From assembly GCA_950097015.1 (NCBI GenBank), contig CATNEN010000032.1:868001-932000 (forward strand): DNA of 64,000 bases, given 5' to 3'. Every line of letters begins with the position of its first letter. Position 1 is the stretch's first letter. Shown in pieces: positions 1 to 13,800 of this stretch. The stretch is from Macrostomum hystrix. Taxonomy: Eukaryota > Animalia > Platyhelminthes. The notes beneath the pieces are model-generated. The model had not been told where the DNA came from. It saw nothing but the letters and a program-made list of their open reading frames with translations, and ran no database searches. A program made the position numbers and the translations under genes.

Positions 1-7
1 GAACTAT

Positions 8-330
8 TCAAACGCAGCCGTAGCAGTCTGCACCAGCATGAAAAGAAGGGTCCACCTGCTCCAACTGCTGCTTGAGTCCTTCGGATACAGACTTTCGATA
101 GACACACTGGCTTAAGTGGAACAGGCAGCCAGATAGTTTAATCTCAGAAACCTGGCGAATCGCATTGATTTGCGTTCGCTCAAAGTCGCACGTCCATGAA
201 GATGGAGTCAGATTCCAGGCCAGCTCGAGTAGAATAGAAAAAACGGCAGTCAATCGACTTAGCCGTCTCAGGATGTCCTGCGTGCAGTCCTCTGGCAGTC
301 GCTTGAGCCAGATGACTCCTCGCTTAACTT
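8..330 (-). mobile_element. Degenerate Mutator-like (MULE) DDE transposase fragment
   Basis: Minus frame reads TPSSWTCDFERTQINAIRQVSEIKLSGCLFHLSQCVYRK..GLK, matching the MULE second-Asp DFE plus CxFH signature. There is an in-frame stop at ~330, no ATG, and no TIRs were seen. Confidence 0.7.
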
Positions 331-1251
331 ATAACGGGCTTTCGGAGTATAGCCTATATCGCCAGTGCTACTGCCGCAGTGCCATAGTATCCCATACTAC
401 TAATTAACACCGAAAAAGTCGAGACATCAGACAAGTGCTGTGGAAATCCTTCCACACTGAACGAGACGAACGCCTTTGGAGATAATTTGTGATCCTAACA
501 TTTCCTAGTTTAATAAAGTCAGGAGCGATCTACTTCTCCAAGAGTATTCTCAGCTCAGGCCCGAAGTCTGGACTTGGAGGTGTCGCGTGTGTACTAATAT
601 AGCCGTTTTGGACCCCTCCCCGCCAGCTAGCGGTTACTATTGGCTGCGGCTCAACAGAGCTCTCTAATTGGCTGGAATAAAGTCGCAAACAGAAATTCCT
701 CGGGTGGGCCATTGGTGGAAAAGCCCTGGAAAAACCGGCCATTGACCATGTCACTGGCTCAATAATTGACGGCACTCCTACTTAGCTTCGCTCTCTGCGG
801 CAAATTCCACATTCGAAAATTTCAAGTCGAAACAAAAAGCATACAAAGCAAAGTTAGTAAATTATTTGCTTAAGAAAGTGCTACTGTTCATTAGGATCTG
901 CATAGGTGCCGTATCCGTTTGAGCAAGCGACGGCCGAAGCATACTTGTAACATTCGAACAACAAATATGACAACAACATCTTTGAAAAAGTTGCAGTCTA
1001 CTTCATAAGTTGCATCTGGGACACCTTTCGATTTCTAAAATGCAGCCAATGAAAAGTTAAGCAACTAAATATACTCGTATCTTCAGCAATTAACGGCTGG
1101 TCACAGCGAGTAGTACTCGTAGGGACAAAGTTTGGACATTGCAGTAAACATTACATTTCCTTCAGTCGGATTTTGGTTAGGGTCATCGTTTACTAGTTCG
1201 AATTTTTTGTTCTATAAATATTTTGTTATAAAATCAATAGCGGCGGGTGAG

Positions 1252-1393
1252 TTATGGCGGCCTCCGACGAGCCGCGCGAAACTGGGACATTCGCCTAGCA
1301 GCGTCGGCAGCAACAGGAAGCCGCGGCACCGGCGGGCTGGCTACCGCCGACTGGCCCGGCGGCGGCGACATCTGCAGACTGATGGTCGAGGGC
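1252..1393 (-). CDS. CCP2/3 last coding exon
   Basis: ttttctgcag acceptor; phase-2 join gives R-PSTISLQ...RRRPP*. Confidence 0.75.
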
Positions 1394-1805
1394 CTGCAGA
1401 AAATAAGAAATGGAAATTCCTCTGATGAATTTTGCGACAATTGTCGTGAATGCTGTGATTTTATACGTGATATGATAAATTTCGTGATTATTGTAATTTT
1501 TTTGTACATTGTGAAAGTCGTTCGAATGAAGTGATTCTGTGATGTTTCTTCTCCTAATTCTGTGGTTCGCTAAATGAACAATGCAATATTCTATCTTAAA
1601 TCTTGGATTCTAAATCCGGAAAACACTAATCCGGATCAGCTGTCACCTGCTCTGGCCAGCTGTGAGATGCGGCGCAGGCGGCTTGTTGCCGCTGCTCAGC
1701 ACGACAGTCGGCTGGCTGAAGGTCTGAGCGATCTCCTGCCCGCCAGGGGGCTGCCGCCACTGACTGGACCGTCTTTGCTGCTGTTGTGGCTGCTGCTGCT
1801 GTTGT

Positions 1806-1850
<45 letters not shown>

Positions 1851-4800
1851 TGTTGTGGCTGCTGCTGCTGCTGCTGTTGCTGTTGCTGCTGTCGAGACTG
1901 AGCATGCAAAGGGCTCGATAATTCAATATCCGGGTTGTTGGTGACGTTGGAAAACTGCCGATTGACCGAATCAGCCGATTCAGACACGGACTGTTTAGTG
2001 CCCACATCTTTGATCGCCTCGGTCCTGAAGATCGACTGGACTCGGGAAGGCGATTGTGTTGTCACTTCCTGATGCGATGGCGATAGCTGCTGCGCCGGGC
2101 AACTGGCTGTAGCTGTCGGCGTTGAGCCGGCACCCTCTTCAGCGGTCGAGAGTGGCACGCAGCCACCGCATGCTGTCTGGCCCTCCAATGCGACGGCTAA
2201 TTCTGGACTTGAGTGCTGCGCCTCGGCTGCCAACGCTCCCAGAGGAAGCTGAGCTGGCAAGCTGCTGGAATGCGCTGGTGAATGGTCCCTGGCAATGGAC
2301 ACTTGCAGAATCTCGACAGAGGCGACGTTGGAGGCTGCAGAGACGACTGGGTGGTGGCTGCTAGGAGCTGGCGGCGGAGCAGCAACTCTCGGACCGGGCA
2401 GTCGGTGGCGCATCCGAACTCGATTTGATGCCAGCAGGCGTGTGTCTGCAAATAATTCTTGGAATTATTTGACTCCCAGCCAAGGACCACTGAACTCCGT
2501 AGATAAACAAAAATTGCCTCTTAAAAAATAAAAAACAATGGTTTTAGAAAAAAGCGGTTAATATTTTCTTCGAGAGCCCGTTTTTTAACCCACCTTCCAA
2601 CTACCCCACTTCACTCCTGCCCTACCACCCTAAGGCCCCACCTCCCTCCTGCCCCACCTCCCTCCTGCAACATCTCCCTTCTGCAACACCTCCGTCCTGC
2701 AACACCTTCCGGCCACTCCTCCTGCCCGATTTCCATACCGTTCAACCTCCCTTTTGCCAATTTTCTGTCTCTTACCCACCTTCTTTTCTTTGACTTTTCA
2801 GTTTCAGAAGATCAAAGCAAGCACAATCTACTTTGAGTAGTAAGTTTACGTCTAGAAATCGATTTACAGTCGAAATACAAAATACTTTAGTGGGTTTATC
2901 GGCCGTGTGCATGTTAGAAGTGTGAAATTAAGCAGAGAACTGTAACGTCAGTCACCTATGCCAGAAAGCTAAGGAGAAGCCACGACAGAATCCAGATAGA
3001 GCATATCTGATAAGCTAACCACACTACTAATTTGACTACAGTAGGCGTGAAAGGAAAACGCTACAAAAAATAGACAAACCAAAAAATTGGAATCTGCTGA
3101 AGCTTGAAAGACCTGCAGAATGAGGTGAAGTAAATCTACGTATTTAAGCTGTTCTCGAACATCTAGTCGTAATTTTTTCCATCTCAAATAACTATTAGTT
3201 TTAGGTTAAAAGTTATCTCGCAATGAAACGTGATTAAAAGTACTTTGGTTTTTCTTACTTGACGAATTAAAAGACTCCAATGGGGCTGCCACTCCAGGCA
3301 GGACCGGGCTGGTTTCAGCCATTGACAATGCGCCTGTGAGCTGACAACCAGCAGACGAGGTCTGGGCCACATTGGACGATGAAGACAGCGGGCAAGCGGC
3401 TTTCATTCGCCTGCCGATCCGCGCATTGGCGTCGTCTAATGAGACAGCACGGCTAAGCACTTGCTGCAGCTGCTGCTGCTGTTGCTGCTGCTGTTGTGTG
3501 GGGTCTAGGAAAAATATTAATGAGGGCCTACTTTGATTTCTTGTTCAGATATTATCATGTCCATTCACCAGAGCTTAAGTCTTCTAATTGCCCTGACCAC
3601 AACCGCAACTCCCTGCCCTTGTACTGACCAACCACCTCACTCCCTGCCCTTGTACTGACCAACCACCTCACTCCCTGCCCTGTTACTGACCAACCACCTC
3701 ACTCCCTGCCCTGTTACTGACCAACCACCTCACTCCGTGCCCTTGTACTGACCAACCACCTCACTCCCTGCCCTGTTACTGACCAACCACCTCACTCCGT
3801 GCCCTTGTACTGACAACCACCTCACTCCCTACCCTGGTCCTGACCCACAACCTCAACTCCCTATTCTTTATATTCTAACCGATCGACCTCAATTATCACA
3901 GTCTAATTTAATTGCTTAATTTAAGGAAGGACGATAGAAACAACAGGATCGTATGAAATGGTATCTAGGGTTTAAACTTGAATCGGGAGAGAGAAAAAAT
4001 ACATTTAATTTTAATAACTAGGCCTAGGAAAATCAGCATCGTTCATTGTTGCATCACCTCAATGCTCTGTGGGGGGTATCTAATTGAACTAGATTAAAAA
4101 AAATACTTAGGTTTAAGTGATTGTGAAAGTGCTAATAAAAGGTGCTCAGTAAGCTGCCGTTAGTATTTACTAGTAGCTCGAGTAGTAATGCTATAATCGG
4201 TGCCATGTCACTCAATCAGTGCAATTAGCACCTGTGTTAGCCAACAGGTACTCGATGGTCTCCAGCCGGTAGTTGTGCGACACCGCGTTTTGCCGCTGGT
4301 AGGAGAATATGCGCATCAAGCTGGACGACTCTTGGCAAACATCGGGAGCAGTGGAAGGTACTTCGTTTGGGGCAATTGTCATTGACCCAGGTTTAGACCC
4401 CACTCCCTATGAGACCTGGCGGTCTCACCCACCCCACTCCTATGAGAGCTGGCGGTCTCACCCACCCCACTCCCTATGAGAACTGGCGGTCTCACCCACC
4501 CCACTCCTATGAGAGCTGGCGGTCTCACCCACCCCACTCCCTATGAGAGCTGGCGGTCTCACCTACCCCACCCCCTATGAGAGCTGGCGGTCTCACCCAC
4601 CCCACTCCCTATGAGACCTGGCGGTCTCACCCACCCACCCCACTCCCATGAGAGCTGGCGGTCTCAACCACCCCACTCCTATGAGAGCTGGCGGTCTCAA
4701 CCACCCCACTCCCTATGAGACCTGGCGGTCTCACCCACCCACCCCACTCCCATGAGAGCTGGCGGTCTCAACCACCCCACTCCTATGAGAGCTGGCGGTC

Positions 4801-7800
4801 TCAACCACCCACCCCACTCCTATGAGAGCTGGCGGTCTCACCCACCCCACTCCCTATGAGAGCTGGCGGTCTCACCCACCCCACTCCCTATGAGAGCTGG
4901 CGGTCTCAACCACCCACCCCACTCCTATGAGAGCTGGCGGTCTCACCCACCCCACTCGTATGAGAGCTGGCGGTCTCACCGTACTGCAGCATACGCTGCG
5001 CTAGCCGGCTTTGTTGGTCCAGGAGGCGGTGCGCCGGCATCGCGATAGCTGACTGCGGCTGCTGCCCGTGCGGTTGAGGCTCCACGTCCAGCAACTCGAC
5101 GGAGTTGTTCGGTGCCGGCAGCTGCTGACTAACAGTCAGTTCAGCTGCTGTTGCTGTCATCGATGCAGACGCTTCCGGGGATTCGAACCCGCGACCTATG
5201 GCAGCTGCGGCCCGCAAAGTCGGATCCGATGCCACTGGCTGCAGCAAATGCTCCACTGTTTGTTAAATTGAAAACATTCATTTCACCTATTTCAAATAGC
5301 CCTAAACAAAAACCTTTAATCCTTCGACTAGTCGTTCGACAGTCACGGCACTTCGAATCCTTCCCGGCGGCTGCTGTTGAGTAGTTGTGGGAGTCGCGTT
5401 TGCCTTGGGAACAGTCGGCGGTATCGACGGTCGGGGTTTCTGACGGGCCGCCGTTGCTACGACTGCTGAAGCTATTGGAGTTGTCGCTGCCGGTGAGCTG
5501 TTTGTCTTTTCGCTTGGCTGATTGTGCGGGCACCTCTGTGGGCAGTTTTTTATCGCAATTTTCACGTGCATCATACTAGCAGTAGGCAGGTGATTGAGCT
5601 GGCTAAAACTCACGAATATTAGTCACTAAAATAGCAGTTAGTGAAACTAACAAATTCAACGGTAACTTTCTGTGCGTAATTAATAATACTACTGGCCAAC
5701 ATGTTAGCTCAACCTTAGCTTATCTTCAAATGGATTAAGGTGTGGTGTTAATTAGGTCTTCAAAATAGTTTTCATTTTCGTACTGCACTGCCGCAGTGGT
5801 CGCAAAATATCGGCCGCTTTGACGATGAAGCCGAGCTCTGAAAATTTGCGAGCCGAGCTCGATTCTTGCAGCTCTGCGAAACTTATGGAAATGCTGCGAT
5901 TCTAGACCATTTCTAGGAAAACTGAACACCTACTTTATCTGAACATTGTGGACAATCAAAGGGCAATACAATTATATATCTCGTATGTTGTGAGATAATA
6001 AATTATTCTCTATACTGCTGACCGATGAAAACTTCTCAATTCAAATCCACATGCCCACACTCTGTCTCACCCTCTGCCCCAACCTCTGTCTCACCCTCTG
6101 CCCCAGCCTCTGCCCTACCCTCTGCCCCACACTCTCTCACCCTCTGTCTCACCCTCTGCCCCACCCTCTGCCCCACACTCTCTCACCCTCTGCCCCACCC
6201 TCTGTCTCACTCTCTGCCCCACACTCTCTCACCCTCTGCCCCACCCTCTGTCTCACTCTCTGCCCCACACTCTCTCACCCTCTGCCCCATCCTCTGTCTC
6301 ACCCTCTGTCCCACCTTCTGTCTCACCCTCTGTCCCACCCTCTGTCTCATCCTCTGCCCCACCCTCTGCCCCACCCTCTGCCCCACCCTCTGCCTCACCG
6401 TAGTCGCTTTCGAGCCTTTCCTGGCCGCCGCCCCGGCAGCCGCAGCCGCCAGGTCCTTTCGGCTGCGTCGCTTTTTGCGCCGACCGCCGACGCCGCCGCC
6501 ACCGCTGGATGCACCCGTCTTGCGCATGAACTCGAAGTGGGCCGGCAATCCGTCCGACACGGAACTGTCCGAGCCGCCGTCGTCCGAACTGTCGCCGGCG
6601 CTGTCCGCTTCGTCGGCCCCGGCCGCGGCGGCGTCGGCGACCCCCTCGGGCAGATCAGCGAGGTTCAACTGGTCGGGATCGGAAAGCTCAGTGCACTGAC
6701 CCGAGCGCTGCAGGTTCGCGAGAATCTGCACTTTCAGCCTGCGCTCCAGCTCCTTGAGGATCAGATCGCGCTGTTGGTGGAGGAGACGGCGAGATATCCC
6801 AGTGACAGGCGGTCTGTTGCATAGGCTGGGCAGTGGACTGACAGGCTGACAGACATTACTGACAGACAATACTGACAGACATTACTGACAGACTGACATT
6901 ACTGGCAGAGATTACTGACAGACAATACTGACAGACATTACTGACAGACAATACTGACAGACATTACTGACAGACTGACATTACTGACAGAGATTACTGA
7001 CAGACATTACTGACAGACTGACATTACTGACAGAGATTACTGACAGACAGACTGACAAACAATAGGACGATGTTCAAAACAGATAGGTAAAGTTTAAGAT
7101 CTATAGCTAAAGAAATAAGCTGTCTAGTATAGTTAAGGCGAGGAGGCATAGCGCCAGACCGTATTATTCTTTAAAATAAGGCTGTCAGCAAGCGGAGCAT
7201 GCTAAGAAATTGTTCCGCTTTAAAGGTGGCATTGAAAAATTAATTCGAAAGTTTAAGTGCACATGCATATCAGCGTATGTGTTCATTGTGATTCAGTTAT
7301 TTACTATTATAGTCTTACCCATAAATAGCAGCATCAGCAGCATAAAATAAATCTCAGCAGCTTAATTAGCTCGCAAATGTTTTAAAGGAAGCAGAGTATT
7401 TTTGTTGCTGCTGCAGCTATATGCAATAACTGCCAATTATTCGGTCATACCCATTCCAAATATTATTCTGTTTCAGTAGGCTTGATCAGCTCATACTATC
7501 GACCTCGCTAATCCACCCTTTCATTATCCACCCTTTCATTATCCACCCTTTCATTATCCACCCTTTCATTATCCACCCTTTCACTATCCACCCTTTCATT
7601 ATCCACCCTTTCACTATCCGCCCTTTCACTATCCGCCCTTTCATTATCCGCCCTTTCACTATCCGCCCTTTCACTATCCGCCCTTTCATTATCCGCCCTT
7701 TCATTATCCGCCCTTTCATTATCCGCCCTTTCACTATCCGCCCTTGCTAATCCGCCCTTTCACTATCCGCTCTTGCTAATCCGCCCTTACTAATCCTCCG

Positions 7801-10800
7801 TTTCTAATCCACCGTTTATAATCCGCCCTTGCTAATCCGCCCTTACTAATCCGCCCTTACTAATCCGCATTTTCTAATCCGGCATTTCACTATCCGCCCT
7901 TTCATTATCCGCCCTTTCACTATCCGACCTTGCTAATCCGCCCTTACTAATCCTCCGTTTCTAATCCACCGTTTATAATCCGCCCTTGCTAATCCGCCCT
8001 TACTAATCCGCCCTTACTAATCCGCCCTTACTAATCCGCATTTTCTAATCCGGCATTTCACTATCCGCCCTTTCACTATCCGCCCTTTCACTATCCGCCT
8101 TTCATTATCCGCCCTCGCTAATCCGCCTTTACTAATCCACTCTTTAATCCACTCTTTCTAATCCACCATTTCTAATCCGCCCTTGCTAATCTGTCATTTC
8201 ATTATACGCCCTTTCATTTCTTGCCCCTCTTCACGAGCTATAAGCCTTATATTTGTCCACCCTCTCTAATCCAGCATCTCTAAACAGCCCTTTCGAATCC
8301 GCAATCCTCTGATCCACCGTCTCTAATCCATCCTCTCTGAATCCGCCCTGTCTGAATCCGCACCCTCATTATCTGCCCTCTCCTCCCCTGTATCCAGCCA
8401 GTCCCTGGCCCAGTTTCGAGCCCAGCCCAGCAGGCGCACCTTGGCAGCGCTGGGATCAAAATAGTCCAACAGGGTGTCGCACAGATGCGCACCCATCTGT
8501 TCCAGGTGGCGGCAGCTGAAATGAAACCCAGCCAGGCCGCCCAGAGTGGAGCCTCCAAAGGTGGCCTCCATGGTGTAGGCGCAGCGGACGCCAAGCCGGT
8601 ACATCACAATGCGGCCGGTGCCCTCCTTGCTCTTCTGCATGCGGAATTTGCAGCTGTCCGGCGCGAATTTGTCCGGCGCATTGCGGCCCACCATGGCCGG
8701 GAACACCCGCTCAGAGAAGCGCTCGGATGCGGCGGACGCGGCTGACAGCGTTGACTGAAGGTTTTTTGATGGTTTTTTTCGGAATCATATTTTCTACTTC
8801 ATCAGCTTGCAATTTTTAACTTTAAGATCCCCTTTATTGATGCCCAATAATTGGTCGATACTTTAAATCTACCTAGACTAGTCCTTCCTGTTCTCTGATT
8901 GGCTGAAACATTGAATTCCGTAAACTAATTCACCCTGAAATCTGATTGGCTGAAACATTGAAATTCGTAAACTAATTCACCCTGAAATCTGACTGGCTGA
9001 AACATTGAAATTCGTAAACTAATTCACCCTGAAATCTGACTGGCTGAAACATTGAAATTCGTAAACTAATTCACCCTGAAATCTGACTGGCTGAAACATT
9101 GAAATTCGTAAACTAATTCACCCTGAAATCTGATTGGCTGAAAAATTGAAATTCGTAAACTAATTCACCCTGAAATCTGACTGGCTGAAGCATTGAATTC
9201 CGTGAACTAATTCACCCTGAAATCTGATTGGCTGAAACATTGAAATTCGTAAACTAATTCACCCTGAAATCTGACTGGCTGAAACATTGAAATTCGTAAA
9301 CTAATTCACCCTGAAATCTGACTGGCTGAAACATTGAAATTCGTAAACTAATTCACCCTGAAATCTGACTGGCTGAAACATTGAAATTCGTAAACTAATT
9401 CACCCTGAAATCTGATTGGCTGAAAAATTGAAATTCGTAAACTAATTCACCCTGAAATCTGACTGGCTGAAGCATTGAATTCCGTGAACTAATTCACCCT
9501 GAAATCTGATTGGCTGAAACATTGAATTCCATAAACTAATTCACCCTGAAATATGATTAGCTGAAACGTTGAAATTCTTAAACTAATTCACCCTGAAATC
9601 TGATTGGCTGAAACATTGAATTCCGTAAACTAATTCACCCTGAAATCTGATTGGCTGAAACGTTGAAATTCGTAAACTAATTCACCCTGAAATCTGATTG
9701 GCTGAAACATTGAATTCCGTAAACTAATTCACCCTGAAATCTGATTGGCTGAAACGTTGAAATTCGTAAACTAATTCACCCTGAAATCTGATTGGTTGAA
9801 ACATTGAATTTCGTGAACTAATCCACTCTGAAATCTGATTGGTTAAAACTTTAGATTTCTTAAATTAACCTACCCTGAAATCTGATTATCTGAAATTTTA
9901 ATTTCACTTAAATTCATACTGATCTCTGATTGGTCGAAATTTTGAATCTCTCTAGACTAGCCCTTCCTGCTCTTTGATTGGCTGAAATATTGATTATCTC
10001 AAAACCACGCCTTCCTGCTCTCCAATCTGGGAAAATATGGAATCTCTATTAACTATTCAGTCCCACTGTCTGATTTGCAGAATTTTTATCCTGACAGAAG
10101 CCGAGCTTGACCTTGTCCGGACTGCAGCCGTACATGAAGACATTCTGCCGGCGCGAGTGTCCGTGCAGGTCGCAATAGAGCGCAACCTGGACCCCGCGAG
10201 CCTGCAGCCGCGTCACCAGCTCCACAATGGCGCTCACAGTCGGGAACGAGTCGCGCAGCGGACTTCGGTAGTTCCGATTCAGATCGCGACCGGCTAAAGA
10301 ACATCGGTAATTGCCCACTATCACACCGTCCGGATTGATCATAGGAACCACCTGAAGTTAGGGTTGCAGATTCAAGGATATGCGAGTAAAATTTGTTTGG
10401 TCAAGTCAAGTCACTTCAAGAGAGAATTCCTCCATTTGACATTGATCCCACCTTGCATCCTCCAGAGATCCCACCTTGCATCTTTGAGAGATCCCACCTT
10501 GCATCCTCCAGAGATCCCACCTTGCATCCTCCAGAGATCCCACCTTGCATCTTTGAGAGATCCCACCTTGCATCCTTAGAGATCCCACCTTGCATCCTTA
10601 GAGATCCCACCTTGCATCCTTAGAAATCCCACCTTGCATCCTTTAGAGTTCCCACCTTGCATCCTTAGAGATCCCACCTTGCATCTTTGAGAGATCCCAC
10701 CTTGCATCCTCCAGAGATCCCACCTTGCATCCTCCAGAGATCCCACCTTGCATCCTCCAGAGATCCCACCTTGCATCTTTGAGAGATCCCACCTTGCATC

Positions 10801-13800
10801 CTTAGAGATCCCACCTTGCATCCTTAGAGATCCCACCTTGCATCCTTAGAAATCCCACCTTGCATCCTTTAGAGTTCCCACCTTGCATCCTTAGAGATCC
10901 CACCTTGCATCCTTAGAAATCCCACCTTGCATCCTTTAGAGTTCCCTCCTTGCATCCTTAGAGATCCCACCTTGCATCTACTAAGATTATATTTTGTTAA
11001 CTTTTTTTCCTGTTGTCACTAGCTCTCCCGCAGTCCGTTTCGCACCTTGAAGGTGAAGCTGTCTCGCAGCAGGCGCGCATCGGGCAGCTGGCTGGTCAGG
11101 TGGTCCAGGAAGCCTTTCATCATCCAGCTGGCGTTGGACTCGCCCGGATGTACCCGTGCCGTCACTAAAATCACCGGCTTCTTTTGCCTTTGCTGCTGCT
11201 GCTGCTGCTGCTGCTGCTCCGGTGTTCCGATGGTCAGGAGGTGGACGGCGTTTCCGGCGAGGGAGCGGCAGAGGACTCTCTGCTTGCAGTAGCGGGACAC
11301 ATCCGGGTTGTCCTGCAGCGCCTGCAGATAGTCCAGTAGGTCCGAGTAGGTGTAGGGATAGCAGTGGGCGAAGTAGACGGTGTCGTCCGTGTACTCAAAC
11401 CTGGTCTGCCAGGTTAATGAGTAGTATGACTTCTCAACGCCGGACGGAGCTGTATACCTGGCAGATTTTTGGAAGGTTGAGCTGGGACAAATACTGCAAT
11501 GCTACTGATAGTAGCTGTAAATGTATTCTTCTGAATTTAAATAACTGCCACTTAAATAAGGATAACTGCCACCTTTTGAGTAGGATAACTGTCACCTTTT
11601 GAGTAGGATAACTGTCACCTTTTGAGTAGGATAACTGTCACCTTTTGAGTAGGATAACTGTCACCTTTTGAGTAGGATAACTGTCACCTTTTGAGTAGGA
11701 TAACTGTCACCTTTTGAGTAGGATAACTGTCACCTTTTGAGAAGGATACCTGTCACCTAGAGTAGGATAACTGCCACCTAGAGTAGGATAAGTGCCACCT
11801 AGAGTAGGATAACTGCCACCTAGAGTAGGATAAGTGCCACCTAGAGTAGGATAACTGCCACCTAGAGTAGGATAACTGCCACCTAGAGTAGGATAACTGC
11901 CACCTAGAGTAGGATAACTGCGTTCGAGTTTTTTTTCATTTAAAAGGCCTAGGAAAGCAGTAGAGATTTCGCTAAATGCTAGGTTGGCCAAGAAATTAGT
12001 GTCTGGTAAAGTTTCAGTAATGAAACTTGAATTAAAATGAAATTTTCAGTGAATTAGAAAGACAGTTTGCATAGCATGAATAGAATATTGAGTGCAGCTT
12101 ATTCTCTGGCTGGTCTACACAAATGCTGTGGCACATCTACTCTACAGTTAATGAGCGGGACACAGGTAACATCTGCACACTTCACTACAAACAATGGAAA
12201 TTATTCACTAACAAGCTGGCAACTGTAGGCGGAGAACAAAACCCAGGCATTAGCTTATACCTATTAATAGCTCATTTGTTGGTCACTGTTTAAATAAGCA
12301 ATCCCAGCTATTTGTGTGCTCGAGTTCTGCAACGGTTGCAAGACTGCGAAACGGTGCTTCTATGCTTAGAAAAAGAAAAGATAAAGAGATATAGAATGAG
12401 ACAGAGACAGAGAGAGAGAGAAAGACAGAAACGGTTGCACTCACCGCTGGCTGCTTTTGAAGTACTTGATGCCGGTGGCACATCTTCGCCAGCCAACGCC
12501 GCGGCTCTCGGCCCCTCTAACACTGTACATCAGCGGTCTGAGGCCCTCATTGTATAGGCTGGCCGACTGTGAATGGGTTAAGCGGCTTGGATGTGAGCGG
12601 GCAGGTGAGATGGAAATGCTCCTATAGCCACGCTGGTCACAAACTCTTTGAGAACTGAGCAACCGCTGTCTGCTTCCAAACTGCAGGAAATCCCCCCTTC
12701 TCTCTTTCCTTTGTCCCGCCACAATGTGGCGCGCCTCATCAGCAGATGTGAATACCGATTGTGTGACTGCAGTCACTAGCCCAATCTAGCCAGGGAATCA
12801 CCTTGTAGAAATTCACAAGAGTGAACCGGTAGGTTTGGCCCGCAACAGCATTGGAGACACGGAAGTAAAACCACTGGGTGTGCTTGCTGGTGTACAGGTC
12901 CGTCCTGAGCCACAGCTCGTAGTCACGCAGGCCTCTGAAAGATTAGGAAATGGACAATGTCTATTTAAGGTTGCACTGGCAACTATTCAATTGATTACAG
13001 CACATTTTAACACTGTGTAAGGTGCGATTAATCTTCCTGTAGTGCTGTGGCTTCGTGAGTTGTTAAAAATGTTCTTTTATGAGTGCTATGTGTGATGTGT
13101 TAACAGAATTATGTTCGTTGTGTTAGGGTGGTAGTGGCAGAGCGATCTAACGCGTTTGCCTCTCGCACCAAGGTCCCTGAGCTCGATTCCGCGGCGAGGC
13201 CACATTCATTGGGGGCTTGTCATGCAATTTACGCCCTTGAGGGCCAACCTCCAAGGCACAGTGAAGTGTACACTGCCTGACGATGAGAAAGACATGGCAG
13301 ATCTTTATATGTGTGTGTGCTCAGGAGTCAGTGGTTTGGTAGAATAGGGATGCCTGCCAAAACTATTATTATTGTGTTTTTCTGGACCTGTTACTTTATT
13401 TATTGGTCACGCTGTGTGGTGTGGTATCAGTAAGGCGGGCAGCCCTCACACTCTGTACGCCCTGCGCAAGTTGCCGCTCTCAAATCGCGACTCAAACATC
13501 AGCGAGTCGTCCGCTGAAGCTCCGTCAGCGCGAAGCTGGCAGACGCTGATGGCACGGCTGCCGCCAACACGAGACTTGATGAACTGTGGTCCAAGGACAG
13601 GGTTGGAGACAAGTTTGACAGCCTCCGTGGCGACTCCAGCTTAAAGTACATCAATCGGTGAAAACTTACAAACGGGGACAGCACGGGTTCGTACTTGAAG
13701 ACCAGCCTACAATCGCCAGCAGCCTCTTGGCCAAAGATCACGGGCGGTGGTTCGAATTCGTCTGAGGAAGTTTTTTTGCGTGGGGTTCGAGTGAATCTGA

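Noticed and set aside
13126-13200. tRNA gene calls for the SINE heads
   Set aside because: Variant B-box, poor acceptor-stem pairing, and continuation into a shared SINE body.
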